Assembly: GCA_051646925.1 (NCBI GenBank)
Contig: JBOFDK010000038.1
Location: 4,161 to 28,160 of the forward strand
Length of the DNA stretch: 24,000 bases
Direction: 5' to 3'
Source: Cellulosilyticaceae bacterium
GTDB lineage: Bacteria; Bacillota; Clostridia; Lachnospirales; Cellulosilyticaceae
In this document: one piece after another, positions 23,401 through 24,000 of the stretch
Numbering within the stretch: position 1 is the stretch's first letter
Layout: each line of letters opens with the position of its first letter
Position numbers and translations under genes: made by a program
The notes under the pieces: generated by a model
What the model was told of the DNA's origin: nothing
The model's database searches: none
Seen by the model: the letters and a program-made list of their open reading frames with translations, nothing else

Positions 23401-24000
23401 TGCTGTGCTTGCATGGGAAGAGAGTGAATTTGCAAAAACAATTCAAGACCCTGAAAATGTAATATATGAGTTAGTTAGAGTTAAAGATAAAGAGTTAGAT
23501 AGTGAGTTAAATCAAAAAAATGTATTACTAGATACAATTAAGAAAAAAGATAATCATTTTGTTTATGAAGCGTTTCCAAAACGAAATGAAGATGATAAAG
23601 ATGCAGTAGTTAAACGTTCAAATGGGAAAACAGGAAAAGTGGATACATTTGAATTGTGGCAACATGGTGATGTACTAAGTTTTGAAGATACTGAGTTATT
23701 GCCAAATACAATTTATTATTACTATATAAGAACAGTTTATAAGACAAGTGATGAACGGTCACAATTTATAATGTTGCCAGTGACTACGGATACGCTGGGC
23801 AATCCAATTAATTTAACTGTAGAATCTTTGAAAGACTACCAAGTAGATAATGAAGCACATGAGGCAGTAGTTAGTTTTTGGGCACCAGTACCAGAGGGAT
23901 TTGATGTTAGGGATGGGAAAACATATGACTTTGAAATTGCTATTAGAGGAGATAACGATGAGCAGTTTTATATTGCAAATGTAGATAAAGAAAGGCCGTA
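20489..24000 (+). CDS. Large secreted protein with fibronectin type III-like modules, 3' end outside the window
   Basis: Frame is open from ATG 20489 to the window end (about 1170 codons). N-terminus MMRKKIALILAIFIWSSIFSGIQLDVYA is a signal peptide. Segments such as LEPNTPYAVQIRVQVERY, PPTNFWEEIEAKGKTTAVLAWEES and LLPNTIYYYYIRTVYKTSDE resemble FnIII repeats. Confidence 0.75.
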   Translation, partial: MMRKKIALILAIFIWSSIFSGIQLDVYAMSSKKLGLIELSLKGGNNQGISTNLSQERLELVTPAEKDEAAFSFPIMNGREVKVGTYILEYYIQGNETYRIEAEFEFKSDYTADVTIKMFKENSDKPEQVKFVEYKDYYGDINDESNGFEFKKTLKFKSGLDTEYEKGLKVSIGGFAPIQMYVDSDKGVLNFSTKNINAGLITPFKLMYSGGVAATDEQTIDVFKGLDDTIVKPTHLLSEEESKNISPDNLDRTIGLPSLELIDIEENRIDGTNFKYGEPGTRPGVVVQITTPKKIKDGKFVLLDDVDGSSELINVKLTLTNPYETGLPLTVKFPLKSGEPVVGFGVQNGVVGIHDGKYEVYISQDNYTGITEKEAIEKKIAKECIWKEIAKAEIYHTELELDGEVLANTNTLSRSYSTDLGYTYVKYGVEKTSETSITFNIEPYKIQQEGTITYILTRNGKEIERRTYSPGDNVSITTNLKAVDDVYQIEVLRASDGKEVSYKSQKIRVDAQIFGELTPIQTNEIISIDNIWVIPNRNINANEGQVAPDSVMFDLQWRAPANLVNTILKSEKDAIYYELEISDKLDGIYNLNTIFKVVKENQNNIGVYLYDKNYSDEAPKKGYYDAATNTFSFKEVVIKRPSKNIENEAEKDKWQKIEMPKDYENLYSYPDAKNDISFEDSLEYTVPNVFYFRMRNFYVKDGYKGMAKSGYSVSKPVTLDITNFLIPPVTNVRKLDLTDEESKLFGKYSWKIGYEGISLEKYKKYLLEPLGIVLNEKDEDALTRVYSTYLYNATSNIEEVFKELSKEDMEDEEIEPVKRFVLASEYEESKHSTYNGIIYDGNNSEGAYDLTKRINEKTSKTYQDYIRENGVVRFDTYSDIDKTDTFTPQETILFTGLEPNTPYAVQIRVQVERYKKEDSKWERIKPNVYSVFSKILTYTTTTEPMPPTPDEQKPMPPTNFWEEIEAKGKTTAVLAWEESEFAKTIQDPENVIYELVRVKDKELDSELNQKNVLLDTIKKKDNHFVYEAFPKRNEDDKDAVVKRSNGKTGKVDTFELWQHGDVLSFEDTELLPNTIYYYYIRTVYKTSDERSQFIMLPVTTDTLGNPINLTVESLKDYQVDNEAHEAVVSFWAPVPEGFDVRDGKTYDFEIAIRGDNDEQFYIANVDKERP

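Overview
This window looks like a low-GC Firmicutes/Clostridia chromosome (taxon inferred from gene content and composition). The central feature is a complete F-type ATP synthase operon, atpZ-atpI-atpB-atpE1-atpE2-atpF-atpH-atpA-atpG-atpD-atpC (about 9.85-17.42 kb). It directly follows a UDP-GlcNAc 2-epimerase gene and ends in a clear terminator. The operon encodes two unlike c subunits: a fused double-hairpin c whose second hairpin has Gln instead of the ion-binding Glu, and a normal single-hairpin c with a Na+-type signature. This matches the F/V-hybrid rotor known from Acetobacterium woodii. Left flank: two tandem paralogous coiled-coil/transmembrane proteins of unknown function (the first truncated by the window edge), nicotinate phosphoribosyltransferase, a PlsC-like acyltransferase, a FapA/DUF342 protein with a possible AUA start, a small membrane-anchored protein, a YihY/BrkB-like membrane protein and methylenetetrahydrofolate reductase. 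Right flank: three tandem minus-strand small proteins with shared N- and C-terminal motifs and duplicated upstream DNA, a DUF3810-like membrane HExxH protein, and a very large secreted FnIII-like ORF that runs off the window and is missing from the supplied ORF track. No CRISPR array, rRNA, tRNA or recognisable transposase was seen. Best leads for undescribed biology are the three-gene small-protein family and the tandem coiled-coil membrane proteins. The c-ring arrangement is striking but has a known precedent.
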